Origin: Octopus sinensis
Lineage: Eukaryota
NCBI RefSeq assembly: GCF_006345805.1
Contig: NC_043001.1
Span: forward strand, 114,390,001-114,454,000
DNA: 64,000 bases
Reading direction: 5' to 3'
The notes beneath the pieces were generated by a model. That model did not search any database, was not told the DNA's origin, and was given only the letters and a program-made list of their open reading frames with translations. Positions within the stretch are counted from its first letter, which is position 1; each line of letters opens with the position of its first letter. The translations under genes and the position numbers were made by a program. Positions 1 to 13,382 of the stretch are shown in pieces.

Positions 1-738
1 CTTATCGTAGTTTACAAACCCAAACATGAAAACATTACTGAACTTTGGAACTTTGAAAACAGACGCCCATTTTTCACACACACATGCACTTATATATTAC
101 ACAAATATATATATGTACACAAATACATGATAGGTATAAATGATACTGAAATACGCATAAGGTAAACACATACAGATAAATATAATAATATAACAACATT
201 TTTTTAAATGATAAAAAAAATACAACCAATGAAGAGAAAAAAGAAACAGTAAGATGTTACGTGATGATTTTACTAGATATTTCTGTTCTTTTTTAGAAAC
301 CTACAATGAACAGTTTAGATGCTATACCATAAATTTTACAAGGAACAACCTTAAAGTTGACACCGCTTCGCTAAACGCAGAAAATTTCTGTCCCGCTTTT
401 GGCTAAAGTTACTTAATTTTTTCGATTTTTAAACCACTGTAACGTTTTTCTCCAATTGTTTTCTTCACAACATCATACCTTCAAAGCAATGAGACTGGAA
501 GGCTACGTTATTATAGCTGATTATCAGATTTTTTTACTTCTTTTAAACAAGTGCATATTTTGCGAATATAAAAAAAACTAGATCCTGCAATATATTTTCC
601 AATGTTTTCACTTTCTGACACAAACGAACATCACTTCTAGGTAGACTAATACTAATTTGCTACAAGTTATGCAGACATACGTGCCAACATGTTCATATAC
701 ATACATGTTTACATATATGTATAAATATATATATATAT

Positions 739-1080
739 ATAATAAAAAGGTAAAATCAATAATAATTTTACCAGGTAGTCAGTGCGGAAATAAAAGCCTC
801 ATAGGTAAATTTTACAAAATATTTTATAATTATGTACATAATTATAACAAGGCATCGGCTTTAGGTCTCACCACGTACTGCAAGAAATAAACGCTATAGT
901 TTCTATTGCCACCTTAATATCTCCGAGAATAACAAGCAAAAGAAAATGAGGCGTAAAACCGATCCCTTATTATAATTATGCATATAATTATAAAATTTTT
1001 TGTAAAATTTACCTTTGAGGTTTTTAATTACGCATTCACTATCTGATAAAATTATTATTGAATTTACTATTTTATTATAA
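739..1080. mobile_element. Fold-back (MITE-like) element, ~125-bp imperfect inverted arms around a ~90-bp spacer
   Basis: 739-862 (ATAATAAAAAGGTAAAATCAATAATAATTTTACCAGG...GGCATCGGCTTT) is the imperfect reverse complement of 955-1080; (TA)n abuts the left arm. Family not assignable. Confidence 0.7.
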
Positions 1081-1314
1081 TTAATATTTGAATAAATTTA
1101 CTACATGATCAAAATTGTATTTACAGCGGTCTAGACCTTAACACACTACACTTGGGTACACAACAGGAATGTGAATTATACTTGGCAGTATATTTTTGCG
1201 ACTGTAGATGGATATTGGTCATGCGATGTCGCCGATCGCATGCATATTTTGAGATACTCGTAAATTTATCTTTTGGAATACTGTACTGATGAGAGCAGTA
1301 GGGAAAATATAAGT

Positions 1315-1700
1315 GGAGGCGCAATGACCCAGTGGTTAGGGCAGCGGACTCGCGGTCATAGGATCGCGGTTTCGATTCCCAGACCCGGCGTTGTGAGTGT
1401 TTATTGAGCGAAAACACCTAAAAGCTCCACGAGGCTCCGGTAGGGGATGGTGGTGAACCCTGCTGTACTCTTTCACCACAACTTTCTCTCACTCTTACTT
1501 CCTGTTTCTGTTGTACCTGTATTTCAAGGGGCCGGCCTTGTCACTCTCTGTGTCACACTGAATATCCCCGAGAACTACGTTAAGCGTGCACGTGTCTGTG
1601 AAGTGCTCAGCCACTTGCACGTTAATTTCACGAGCAGGCTGTTCCGTTGATTCGGATCAACCGGAACCCTCATCGTCGTAACCGACGGAGTGCTTCCATC
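1315..1700 (+). mobile_element. tRNA-derived SINE, head H1 + tail T1
   Basis: A box TGACCCAGTGG and B box GGTTTCGATTCCC; head/body shared with 37027; tail 1513-1693 shared with 53676-53855. Confidence 0.85.
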
Positions 1701-2372
1701 ATATATTAATACATCTGTCCATAACTAATAGTACAGTTTCCATAATAGGCAACACAAAGCAAACTAGGAATCTGCATATGGCCACACAACCTCCTCGGGA
1801 TATCAGAAAATATTCATAACAATATAAACTTAAACACGGTAAGAATACGTTAGATAATAATACACATTCAAATGTAATGCTTATGACTGGAATATCTGTT
1901 TTCATTTGCGTGTGCCATTCAAAACTTACCTGGCTTTAGACAACAGCAACAGTAAGAACCAATGCTACCTCGAAATATCAGTCATTATTACGTGTATGAT
2001 AAGTAAGATAACTATAATTTTTTCCGATTAAAGTGTTTCGAGGTGGAAACTTGAAGCGCCAGAAATAGCTCCAATATCTTCTTAAAGATGGATTAAAATA
2101 CAGTAATGTCACGGTTGGAGTACGAATCAAATGATAAAAGGTCGATGCGCAGGAACATGTCAAATTCTCAAAAGTGATTGTTTACCATAAAACAGACTTC
2201 GGGTGTCTTAAAAAAAAAGTAATATTTTCTCTTACAATACTTAATTAATTACAAGTCCCGGTGAGTAAGGACAGCACATGGCCGTGTATTATTTATCAAT
2301 GTATGTCAGAGTGTGCAGTATCGGCATATTGGTAAAACGGAACAAGTGATAGTTCTATTGCAGCTAGTTGTT

Positions 2373-2644
2373 TACCTACCTACCTACCTACCTACCTACC
2401 TACCTACCTACCTACCTACCTACCTACCTACCTGCCTGCCTACCTACCAACCTGCCTACCTACCTACCTGCCTACCTGCCTACCTGCCTACCTACCTACC
2501 TACCTACCTGCCTACCTACCTACATACCTGCCTACCTACCTACCTACCTGTCTACCTACCTACCTACCTACCTGTCTGCCTACCTGCCTACCTACCTACC
2601 TACTTGCCTACCTACCTACCTACCTACCTACCTTCCTACCTACA
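2373..2644. repeat. (CCTA)n microsatellite with CCTG variants
   Basis: Direct reading; explains the YLPT-repeat pseudo-ORFs. Confidence 0.97.
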
Positions 2645-3186
2645 TGCCATATGACAGCTTTGTTAAAGGTACCCTATAGCAGGTACCACAACATTCACAC
2701 AATCAGAAACATTACTATTTTAGCTAAAATACCACGAAGAATGTCCAACAATCAATATTATTACTATTCCGATTATAAAAGCATCAATATCCATCCCAAA
2801 ATCTTGCCAGTTATCATCACCAAATCCACCGTCTGTAATATCCCCAACCATAATCAGTATAACTACAATCACCTCCAGCAGTTTTAATATCATCAGTCCT
2901 ATTAATACAATGACTAACACCATTTTAACCAACTTTATGACTAAAACCATCGTAACAGATATAAGTTGTAATCATGATGTACAAGCTCTCTTAATTATGC
3001 AAATTGACATCAGCTATAGTACTTCTACCACTACATCCGTTATACTACTTCTATGACTACATAACTTAATACAACCTTTCTAACACCGCATCTATTATAC
3101 AACCTCTACTACCATATGAAATATACCACGTCTACGCCAACCAGGATTATATCACTTCCGCCATTAAGTCAATTATATCATCAATT

Positions 3187-3332
3187 TCCGAGGTCGACTT
3201 TGCCTTTCATCCTTCCGGGGTCGATAAATTAAGTACCAGTTACGCACTGGGGTCGATGTAATCGACTTAATCCGTTTGTCTGTCCTTGTTTGTCTCCTCT
3301 GTGTTTAGCCCCTTGTGGGTAGTAAAGAAATA
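3187..3332 (+). mobile_element. SINE family A, 5'-truncated
   Basis: Central domain GTCGACTTTGCCTTTCATCCTTCCGGGGTCGATAAATTAAGTACCAG plus tail ending GTAAAGAAATA, repeated many times in the window. Confidence 0.85.
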
Positions 3333-3840
3333 TATATCATCAATTATACCATCGTTACCATGTCAACATTTATACCACCTCTACAACTACAGAGGCAAAG
3401 CAGATAATGTATGAATATCGCTATCATTAATAGCTCCAACAATATCACCATTGCATCTATCAACACCGCCATTGTTAATATTAATGCTAAAACAATTTCT
3501 TTCCATTACTACTGGCATCCACTTTACCGTCACCAATGCCACCGAGCCAATCGCTTTCCTTGTCCTCCCTCCCATTAGACATGCTATTAGCAAACAATCC
3601 TATTACTATTATACAGCCACCATAATAATTGTGGTTTTTACAAATAGTAGAAGCAGCACCAAACCAACGTCACATAGCCCCAGTCATCACCACAATGCAT
3701 ATTACCATCACTGAAACTCCAATTCATCATCACAATGATTAGCATCCCTCTTGCCCATATTACATCTATTTTCTTCAGCACCGTTTCCTTTACCAAATAC
3801 CACTAAAAGTACGAAGTACGAACACTTTTATACCACTTGC

Positions 3841-4012
3841 GCAGGAGTGGCTGTGTGGTAAGTAGCTTGCTAGCCAACCACATGTTTCCGGGTTCAGTCC
3901 CATTGCGTGGCATCTTGGGCAAGTGTCTTCTGCTATAGCCTCGGGCCGACCAAAGCCTTGTGAGTGGATTTGGTAGACGGAAACTGAAAGAAGCCTGTCG
4001 TATATATGTATG

Positions 4013-4043
<31 letters not shown>

Positions 4044-4252
4044 ATATGTTTGTGTGTCTGTGTTTGTCCCCCTAGCATTGCTTGACAACCGATGCTGGTG
4101 TGTTTACGTCCCCGTCACCTAGCGGTTCGGCAAAAGAGACCGATAGAATAAGTACTAGGCTTACAAAGAATATGTCCCGGGGTCGATGTGCTCGACTAAA
4201 GGCGGTGCTCCAGCATGGCCGCAGTCAAATGACTGAAACAAGTAAAAGAGTA
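3841..4252 (+). mobile_element. SINE family B, full length (tRNA head, CORE-like segment, internal TA/TG tract, GAAACAAGTAAAAGAG tail)
   Basis: A box TGGCTGTGTGG, B-box-like GGGTTCAGTCCC, CTTGGGCAAGTGTCTTC; homologues at 12015, 13383, 15000, 17209, 26695, 29612. Confidence 0.88.
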
Positions 4253-4944
4253 TATGCAATTGGTACCATTTCATACTAGACCATACATTACTATATCCTG
4301 CATCCCACTATTTTCCAATAAAAAAGTATTTTATTTATAACTACATTGTTTGAGACAAAAGAAACTGACAGCATGTATTCTTATTTCGTGATAAATTTCT
4401 TGTTTTGTAGAAAGAACTGACGCCAAACACAAATCGTTTTTGCAATCTATGTGTGAGTCTTGTAAGTATGCGATGTACTATACATGTTTGTTTATACGCA
4501 TGTCTGTTTATGCAAAAAATCTGTGTTTGATTGTGTATGTATTTAATACGGTTTACATGAAGTAAAATAAAAGATGTGCGCGTTTTTTATGTATGCAAGT
4601 ATGTATGTATTTATGTGTAAATGGGTGCGTGTGTATGTATGTGTAGGACTAGAAATGTTTCCGCCTGTTTTGATTGATGAGCAAAACGGTTTCTTGTTTC
4701 AATATTGTTGCATCATTATTTTAGTCAGTTGCTCATTAGATTATTTAACTTTATGGCGTTTTTGTTTTTTATTTATATGAAAATTTACCGCAACATTTGC
4801 AGCAAATATAATATAATTATTATCTGAAACAAATACTTGCTCGACTCTTAGTAGTCAAGAGGGCAATTGTTCATATCTCATTGCCACTAATATCTTTAGA
4901 GTTTAGGCATAGGCGAGAAAGAACAATATTTGCTTCTATTTCAG

Positions 4945-5012
4945 GACCTCTGATACTGGTGGGATGAAAAAAGAAGATCTGGTACGAATGCTTACAAAAG
5001 AGCAAATTCCGC
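4945..5012 (+). CDS. Candidate internal exon (TSDTGGMKKEDLVRMLTKEQIP), host gene unknown
   Basis: TTTGCTTCTATTTCAG acceptor and GTAAGA donor; one open frame; no recognisable homology. Confidence 0.3.
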
Positions 5013-5053
5013 GTAAGAAACACGAACTTTCAGAGGGTGGAGGTAGTCTGTTA

Positions 5054-5703
5054 GCGGCGAGCTGGCAGAAACGTTAGCACGCCTGGCGAAATGCGTAGCC
5101 GTATTTCGTCTGTCGTTACGTTGTGAGTTCAAATTCTGCCGAGGTCAACTTTGCCTTTCATCTTTTCGGGGTCGATAAATTTAGTACCAGCTACGCACTT
5201 CGGAGACCCCTTCGGTCACAACACAGACCATGGGATTGCATCTAGAAAGTTACCCTCCTAAACACAAGTCCGGGCGAGGTTGTTTATGGAAGACCAGCAG
5301 TAACCCATGCATACCAGCCTCCCCTTCCCACGCCACCAGTGTTATCCAAGGGAAAGGCAAAGGCTAATACAACTTGGCACCAGTGACATTGGAACTCATT
5401 TCTACAGCTGAGTGAACTGGAGCAACGTGAAATAAAGTGAAATAAATGTAATCGACTTAATGCCTATGCCTGTCCTTGTTTGTCCCCTCTATGTTTAGCC
5501 CCTAGTAAGGAAATAGGTATTAGGTCTGCCGTTACGTTCTGAGTTCAAATTCCGCCGAGGTCGACTTTGCCTTTCATCCTTTCGGGGTCGACTAAATATG
5601 TTCCAGTTACGCACTGGGGTAGATGTAATCGACTTAATCCGTTTGTCTGTCGTTGTTTGTCCTCTCTGTGTTTAGCCCCTTGTGGGTAGTAAAGAAATAG
5701 GTA
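5054..5703 (+). mobile_element. SINE family A head-to-tail pair, first copy interrupted by a nested insertion
   Basis: Head GCGGCGAGCTGGCAGAAACGTTAGC at 5054; interrupted 5200-5444; resumes 5446; second copy ~5520-5703. Confidence 0.85.
5200..5444 (-). mobile_element. Nested SINE fragment, body H2 + tail T3
   Basis: Reverse strand reads TTTATTTCACGTTGCTCCAGTTCACTCAGCTG (as in 53856-53998) followed by a tail ending GACCGAAGGGGTCTCCG that differs from T1. Confidence 0.75.
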
Positions 5704-7278
5704 GTTTGTTAGCATTGCTCATCATGATGTAGTTGTTGGTGTTGTTGTTTTTGGTGACGTTGCTACTAACGGTAATGTTTGTGGTAGGGATATTAATCTA
5801 CATGACGAGAAAAGAATCAAACCCAAAATAAGCATGACACACTTCCACGTAGCCTCCACATAGTTTCCGTCTACAAACTTTCTCTCCCGAGTTATGTGGG
5901 GATCTGAGATTCTCATAAAAGTCGTGTCTAAAAGCGTTCTGTTGAAAGATAGCCAAATATTTTAATGTGTTAAAGTGATCATGGTCTTTTTAAAGGACAT
6001 CCGAAACTGATGGAAAGATGCGGAGAATAAGCATGCTGCATATCCGGGTGTTTCCATCCTAGAATTCTCCACTGAAATTTTGTAGAGACTTAATAATCAT
6101 GCTGAACTTCTGGTGGAGACCTGTTGAGTTTCCGTCTATCTAATTTCACCTAGGACATTTGAGTTAAACTAAGAATGTAGCAGAAGACACTTTCTCAGGT
6201 TCCAAACTTTGATTTACTTTTGTTATTACTGTCAAGTTCGCTAATGTAAGCAGAGTATCATAAAGTTGCGAGAATTAGAGTGAAGAAATATAAGAATACA
6301 AATTTAATTATCTAGCTTACAATGCTATGGCTAATTTTTCTTAAGGAGTAGCAGAAGGTAAAGGAAGAGTTCTTCTGTTTATATATTTATCTGTATCACA
6401 TTAATAGTACAAGATTCAAAATTTTCATTATACTGACATTTTCACTCAGGTGATATTAAGATTAGCAAAGTGTATGTTTGTGTGTATTTGTGGATCATGC
6501 GGATATAGATGCTTATGTGGATGTTTGTATTTATTGTTGGAGCTTCATCCATTTGGGTGCAGCCATGTTGAATTGTTATTTACGCAAAATTTATTTTAGT
6601 TGATCGTATCAGTCTTGGTAATTACTTAAGTTGATATTACTTATATCACTAAATTACTTTTAAAAATCAAAGTAAGGTAACTGAACAGACAATGCAAAAA
6701 TAAAGCATACAAATGAATAGCAGAAGGGTCCAACGAGCAACTAACTTCCCCACTATAGAGATATCTTCACTACTACCTCCATTAACACCACCACCACCAC
6801 CACCATCAATTATGAGAATACAAATCATCAAGTATATTGATGCTTTTATCAGCAACACACCACCAAGCTATAAAACAATCATTCTTCTCCTTCCTTCTTC
6901 TCTCTCTATTTCTCTGTCTTTCCGTTTCTCTATTTCAATCTCTCTCTTTCCCCGTTCCTTCTCTCTTCCTCTTTCCGTGGATTATACCCTTGATATACTT
7001 AGCCTTCTCATGCTGATTTTCCTGAAAGTTACGTTACGTTTATACATGTCTGCAGAATATTCAGCCGCTTACATGCAAATGTCATAAGTGGCAATTCACA
7101 GTTAGTCGAACAATCTAGTACTCATTGTCGAGACTGATAGAAAACGTACCAGAAATGTTGTTTATGTAGGTGAAATGAGCGAACAACATGGCGTGAAATT
7201 TATCCTTGAAAAATACTTAGAAATGAAAGTAATGAAAGATGAAACAGTTTCAAGACATGAATGGTCGTTGCGGTAAAT

Positions 7279-7452
7279 GTTACGTTGTGAGTTCAAATTC
7301 CGCCGAGGTCGACTTTGCCTTTCATCCTTTCGGGGTCGATAAATTAAGTACCAGCTACGCACTGGGGTCGATTTAATCGACTTAATACCTATGTCTGTTC
7401 TTGTTTGTCCCCTCTGTGTTTAGCCCCATGTGGGTAATAAAGAAACAGGTAA
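7279..7452 (+). mobile_element. SINE family A, 5'-truncated
   Basis: B box GAGTTCAAATTCC, central domain and tail match the other copies. Confidence 0.85.
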
Positions 7453-8811
7453 ATAAGTTTGTCTCATCTGTCACATAACATGTTTGAAAGGGGAACCAGA
7501 TCTCCCTAAAATTCCACCCTGCTGTATTTAAGGCATGTCAGGACAGTTGGTAAATTTAGTTCTATAGATTCTATGACGGAGAAAAGTGGCGGAAATTTTG
7601 CAGCTTCCACAACTTTGATCGCAGATATGCTCAATCAGAAGTGGCCAGGAGTTAAATAACACAAACCGCAACGATAATCACAGAAACCTTAATTGGGGAG
7701 AGAAGGAGTTTTAAGACTTAAAATCCGCATCAGTTTCGATCCTGCAGCTTCCTTTATTTAAAGACACCTTTCTATTAATCATCTACAGAGTAAACCGATA
7801 GATCGATCAGGTTTATGACGTGCAAGACAAAGGATACTTTCCAGAAACAGACTTGAACACGAATTTATTTTAGTACCTAAAATAAGAGAAACAAATATAT
7901 CTGCTACTTTATTTTCAAGCTTGTAATATATTGCCGAACAAACAATTAAGGTTATCTGCATATATAACCCAAAATAATACGCAAATATTTTCTAGATATG
8001 AACCAAAAGCATTTCAGTGAAGATTCTATGACATTTAAAATAGACATATTGCACAGGACAGCTAAGAAAAGAGCTGAGGTTAAATTAAGTTTAAACGCGA
8101 CAATCAATCATTCAGTTAAGTGGAAAAGATCGATACATAATGGACGTTCATACGAACCAATTTTGGAAAGTTGGGAATTATTTTTGGAGAAATAAGCCAT
8201 TTACGAATTATGCTAGATATATTTATACAGATGTGACATAAACGTGTGTGTGTGCGTATTTATGAATGTGCGTATGTATAAGTGTCCATGTTCGTGCGTA
8301 CGTGCATGTGTGTCTTACTAATGTCTTTATGAGCTCATGTACAGTAAAGCATAGAAAATGTAATGAAGAACTTAATAACTGGTGTAAAGTAAATATTACT
8401 GAATATGTTGGTTGTAACAGATTACAGTATTATATTATTCGGAGCTTCGCCTCTTTACTTTTGGATGTACTTCAGGCTGTGTTGGCCGATATAAAAGACA
8501 GAGTAAGAAAAAATACAAAGATTTTTTCAAATCTTCATCATTCATGCGGCATGGTGGGATGTTGGCTTCCTGTTGTCGACTGTTAGAAACTACGAATGAA
8601 ATTATCTTTCAATTATCTCAGTTGCCGAATCAACACCATGTAACACACATACTAAATCCTGTAGGCTTCGCATAAAGGAATCTAGTAGCATCGAACCCAA
8701 GTACTCATTCTATTGGTCTCTTTTGTGAAGCTGCTAATTTATGGGGATGTAAATATACCAGCATTCGTTGGCAAGCAATGTATAAAAACTTAGATATGTT
8801 TCGACCAAAGA

Positions 8812-10322
8812 TTGGTCCAGGCCATGTCTAATTTAATAGCACCACCTGATAGGATTATCTAAATCCTTTTTAAGTCAAGTTTTGTTTATGGTCCATTCAA
8901 GTAGTGAGTTTTTGTTGTGTGAGCTGTATCCAGGTAAGGATGACTTATCTGGTATTCCTTGACGAAATCTGTCCGAACTCCGTTTAAAGGTGATGGGATC
9001 CTTTTCCTCTTTAATCAGTTTTGGGACAATATCAAACAGGGCAGGGACTGTTGAAGAAAAGAAATTATGTCGCAGTGTACCTATATGTTGTGATCTTGAA
9101 TTAAGCAGAGAACTATGGCCCGTGATCCCAGCCCTGGATGAACCCTTGAAACTAATGTTCAGATCATTTGGGCAATGCTGACGGTACATTCTCCACATCG
9201 TACAAATGATGTACCGCTCGCGGCGGCGCTGGAGACAGTAGATTTTCAAGGCTTTAAGGCGATCCCATTGAGATCACTCATGCTTTCAGTTCGAATACTC
9301 GAGATGTTTTGTTTTGTATTTCCCACACAAAACAAAACAAGGGGTAGCAGTATTCCAGGTGTGGCCGTACAAAAGAGAAAAGAAAAAAGTGGAATGATGA
9401 CAACTTGTTCTCTGGACCAGAAGATTCTTAAGATCCAGGTACTCATCCTACGAGCTATATCGACCTTATTGTTGATGTGGGCACTCCAACTGAGATTGTT
9501 ATCAACAATTACACCCAGGTCTCTGATATTATTAGATGCCGTGAGCGGTTCCCTAGAAGGAAGAAAGTATGGCTGTTTCGGTATAAACTTTCTTCCAAAA
9601 TGCATCAGCTCAAATTTTCCCTCGTTCAGTTGCATTTTGTTTCTGTCTGCCCATTGACTCACAGCATATAGATCAGACTGGAGTTGAGTTCAGCCTTCCA
9701 CTTCATTGATTATTTCCTGGAGCTTAGTGTCATCAGCAAATATTTTCACTTTACGACGCTGGAAAGATTATTTATGTAAATTATAAAGAGGGGCGGGCGC
9801 AAGACAGTCCCCTGAAGAACACCACTGGTGACTTTTGCTGGGCTTGAGTGGACTCCATCGATCAAAACTTCTTGTATTCTATTCGCCAGGAAATATATAA
9901 TCAAGTGAAGAAGTTTTCTACGAATTCCAACATTTCCCAATTTTAAGAAAGATATTATGATCAACCCTGTCGAACACTTTACTGAAGTCAAGATGTATGA
10001 CATCAGAATTCGAACCTGTTCCCAAGGCTTTAAGTATATCTTTAATGTGGTGTAAGAGCTGTGTTAGTCAGTCCCTGGCACAGCGAAAGCCATGCAGATT
10101 TGCATTTAGGAGTTTGTGGGTCTCCAGGAAATAAGCTATCTTTGATCTTACCACTCTTTCAAATACTTTAATGATATGGGAGGTGAGTGAGACAGGGTGA
10201 TAGTTGACTCCGAGGGAACTATTCCCCTGTTTGAAAACTGGAATGATAGACTGGGTTTGGAGCTGTTTCGGTATATAACCTGAGTCTAAAGAATTTATCC
10301 AGAGGGACAGGAAGTTGATGTT
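8812..10322 (-). mobile_element. 5'-truncated, disrupted CR1/L2-group LINE (RT and 3' end)
   Basis: Minus-strand motifs IIPVFKQG..NYHPVSLTSHIIKVFERVV, HGFR, SGVLQGTVLRPPLFIIYINNL, IFADDTKL, LGVIVDNNLSWSAHI, PGYSSHNKNSLLEW; stops and frameshifts. Confidence 0.9.
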
Positions 10323-11037
10323 ATAAACTAATTACTGAAAATTTTACTTATTTTACATACTATGCTAGGGTACTTTTTTCCTATAACTTAATCCCATTTG
10401 ATAGATAGACTACCGACCTACTTTACATGCTAAACTTTCCCTATCTATCTTATTGTTTTTTCTATGCACACTTCTTCCCTTTCTAATGTTCCTTTACTTA
10501 GCCCACTATACGCACATTATATTATATATTATAGATAATAAACTTAGCTTTATATTACGGCTTCCATATATTACAGAATATAAATTAGTGTCAGTTAGGT
10601 TCAGTTAACTACACCGTATATCCCCAATAGCAATAACTCCCTCGAATTACACCCATGGTCAACTAGCAATTAGAACCAGAGGTTAGAACCTACGACACGT
10701 AGAATTATGAAACTAAATAATTATAAGACTTTGGATTTAACTAACTCTCTTCTCTTCTATCTCCAGCTGATATATGGAATTATGGACCTCACAAAAATGT
10801 AAGACTATTGAATTAACAAACATTTTACTTCTTTTTTTCCTTTCCTTACATCTTCTTTCTATTTATCTATGTCATGTAATCATTATGATGATGTCTATCA
10901 ATTACAATGAGGTAAATATAAATTTGCCCCAGTTTGATAAATTGAAACAGCTGTAAAACATACTCTCATCTTTATTAAATAACTTTAAAGCACCAATGAT
11001 CCACTTCTAACTGTTATTTTTGCTCAATTTCTTATCG

Positions 11038-11070
<33 letters not shown>

Positions 11071-11073
<3 letters not shown>

Positions 11074-11692
11074 GGAAAAAAGCAACAAGAATGGATTAAA
11101 ATCTCGTTACGATCGTTTCGTACGAGGACATGATTGATTGATTGATTCTAGTTTCAGCTTATGAGCTGTGGCCATGCTGGGGCATCTTTAATAAGCTACA
11201 AAAAATGCAGTGAATACAGATGGCTCGTACTCGTCAGCCGAAAAAACATCAGAGAATTCCCAAACATCAAAAGGGGTAGATACAAAAGAGGTTGTAAGAT
11301 TAGCTGCATTGAAGAAAGTTCGATTCATGGAGATCCGATGAAAGGTATTAAACCTATAGAATTTATGCATGTCTACATATAGCTCATGTTGAAAATTTGA
11401 TCAAGTTGTGTGAAGAAATTTTCGGATACAGTCATGCAAAATTTCTGAAAATCCGAGTAAGAGGCAAAGTGACTGCCATATCATGTAGAGGAAAGTCTGA
11501 GTAAAAGCAAAGTGACTGTCATATCGTGTAGAGGAACAGATTGTTATTGAAATTTGGGAATTCTCTGATGTTTTTTCGGCTGACGAGTACGAGCCATCTG
11601 TATTCACTGCATTTTTTGTAGCTTATTAAAGATGACCTCGTACGAAACGATCATACCGAGATTTTAATCCATTCTTGTTGCTTTTTTCCTAT
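11071..11692. mobile_element. Fold-back element with hammerhead-bearing inverted arms (PLE pLTR-like, non-autonomous)
   Basis: 11071-11264 (minus a ~50-bp insert at ~11132-11182) is the reverse complement of 11553-11692; a (TA)n run abuts the left arm. Confidence 0.8.
11576..11659 (+). ncRNA. Type I hammerhead ribozyme-like motif with extended stem II
   Basis: TCGG-CTGACGA-GTACGAG...CTCGTAC-GAA-ACGATCAT-A-CCGA; the left arm supplies the perfect palindrome ACGATCGT. Confidence 0.7.
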
Positions 11693-11808
11693 TTGTAATC
11701 ACCCCATTTGTCGTATGGTTAACACCATATAGATTTCCGGTGCATCCTAGTTAAGGACCATATTCATGTGAATTCTTTAGAATTCACTAGAATCTCAATT
11801 ACTTAACC

Positions 11809-11863
<55 letters not shown>

Positions 11864-12014
11864 CGCAGTTTTACATTTAAAATTGCCTACTACCATATAT
11901 CTTATAACAAGGACCATACACACTGAAGTAATACCGGGAGTAGCTTTGGATACATTTATCCCTTAAATAGTTACGTTGCTTCTAAGTTATATCTTACACA
12001 ATATATGTGTGTGC

Positions 12015-12389
12015 ATGTATGTTTGTGTGTCTGTGTTTGTCTTCGTACCATCGCTTGATAACCGATGTTGGCATGTCTTCTGCCATAGCCTCGGGCTGAC
12101 CAAAGCCTTGTTAGTGGATTTGGTAGACGGAAACTGAAAGAAGCCCGTCGTATATATGAGTGTGTATGTGTGTGTATATGTTTGCGTGTTTGTCCCACCA
12201 ACATCGCTTGACAACCGACGGTGGTGTGCTTACGTCCCCAAAACTTAGCGGTTCGGCAAAACTAACCGATAGAATAAGTACTAGGCTTAAAAAGATTAAG
12301 GCCAGGGATCTATTTGCTCGACTAAAGGCAGTGCTCCATCATGGCCGCAGTCAAATGACTGAAACAAGTAAAAGAATAAAATATGTATA

Positions 12390-12392
<3 letters not shown>
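12015..12392 (+). mobile_element. SINE family B with internal rearrangement (mid-body segment placed before the CORE-like segment)
   Basis: TGTGTTTGTC..GCTTGATAACCGATGTTGG is joined directly to TGTCTTCTGCCATAGCC; normal tail follows. Confidence 0.8.
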
Positions 12393-12435
<43 letters not shown>

Positions 12436-13199
12436 CATACATATGTATATATATTTATGCTTGTATGTATGTATTTATGTCTAAATATGTATAGATGTAT
12501 AGGTACATACACATATATACATATCTGTATGTGCGTGTGTATATATATACATATATGAGCATATATAACTGTGTGTGTATGAATATACATATATACATAC
12601 GTATATATATACATACGTATATATGCATACGTATATCTATATATATATATATATATATCGACTCATTTGAAACGCATATATGCGCATATTATATTAAATT
12701 TTCATTTTTAAAATTTCATTTGATGCTTTTATGTCCGTTGAATGGTAGATAATTATAGCTTGTACTCTCTCATATAAAGTCAATGAGCCGATCGTGTATA
12801 ATGTAGTCGCTACATAAAAGAAAACTAGTTTACCAAAATGTGTGATGACAATTCTTCAAAGCTATCATAATATAAGCATATTTCCCTTGTGCCGATTACA
12901 ATGTACTTTCGCGACAGCCTCTAATGTTATTATGTTGTGCCCATCAGAGCGTACAGTACACGCAAACTCACAATTATATAGACATAGAGCCATTCACTAT
13001 TGACCGTTTAAAGACGCAATGACCAAAATAAACATACTCAAATGGAGTACACATCAATATCTATATGCATAAATATAAATCACACGCCATAGGAATATAC
13101 AGACGGACACGAATGCACACAGATGTATTTGTATGCGTGTATTTGTGCCTATACACACACACACAAACACACACACATACATATATATATATATTATAT

Positions 13200-13345
13200 T
13201 AAATTAGAGACAAAACCACTATTAGGCAAATCATACAATGAAAAACTTAAGCCAATACATAAGATTATTTAATTTATATTATTTAATATATAACAAAATT
13301 ATTTAAAAAATATAATTAATATAACACTACGATCGTTTCATGGCT
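13200..13345 (-). mobile_element. Truncated pLTR-like fragment with the 3' half of a hammerhead motif
   Basis: Reverse strand GCCAT-GAA-ACGATCGT-A-GTG at ~13325-13344 has the same palindrome as the 11-kb element; 5' core missing; (TA)n on the left. Confidence 0.4.
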
Positions 13346-13382
13346 GTTAATTCCTTTAAATTTTCGAGTTACATATATATAT

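Noticed and set aside
1286-1310. CTGATGA...GGAAA upstream of the SINE
   Set aside because: Stem II cannot pair and there is no stem III; chance match.
1315-1390. tRNA gene-like sequence (also 37027, 53920-53998, 3841)
   Set aside because: A/B boxes run straight into SINE bodies and no complete cloverleaf is evident; these are SINE heads.
1922-1990. Minus-strand CAG|GTAAGT donor with a hydrophobic peptide
   Set aside because: In-frame stop just upstream and no good acceptor.
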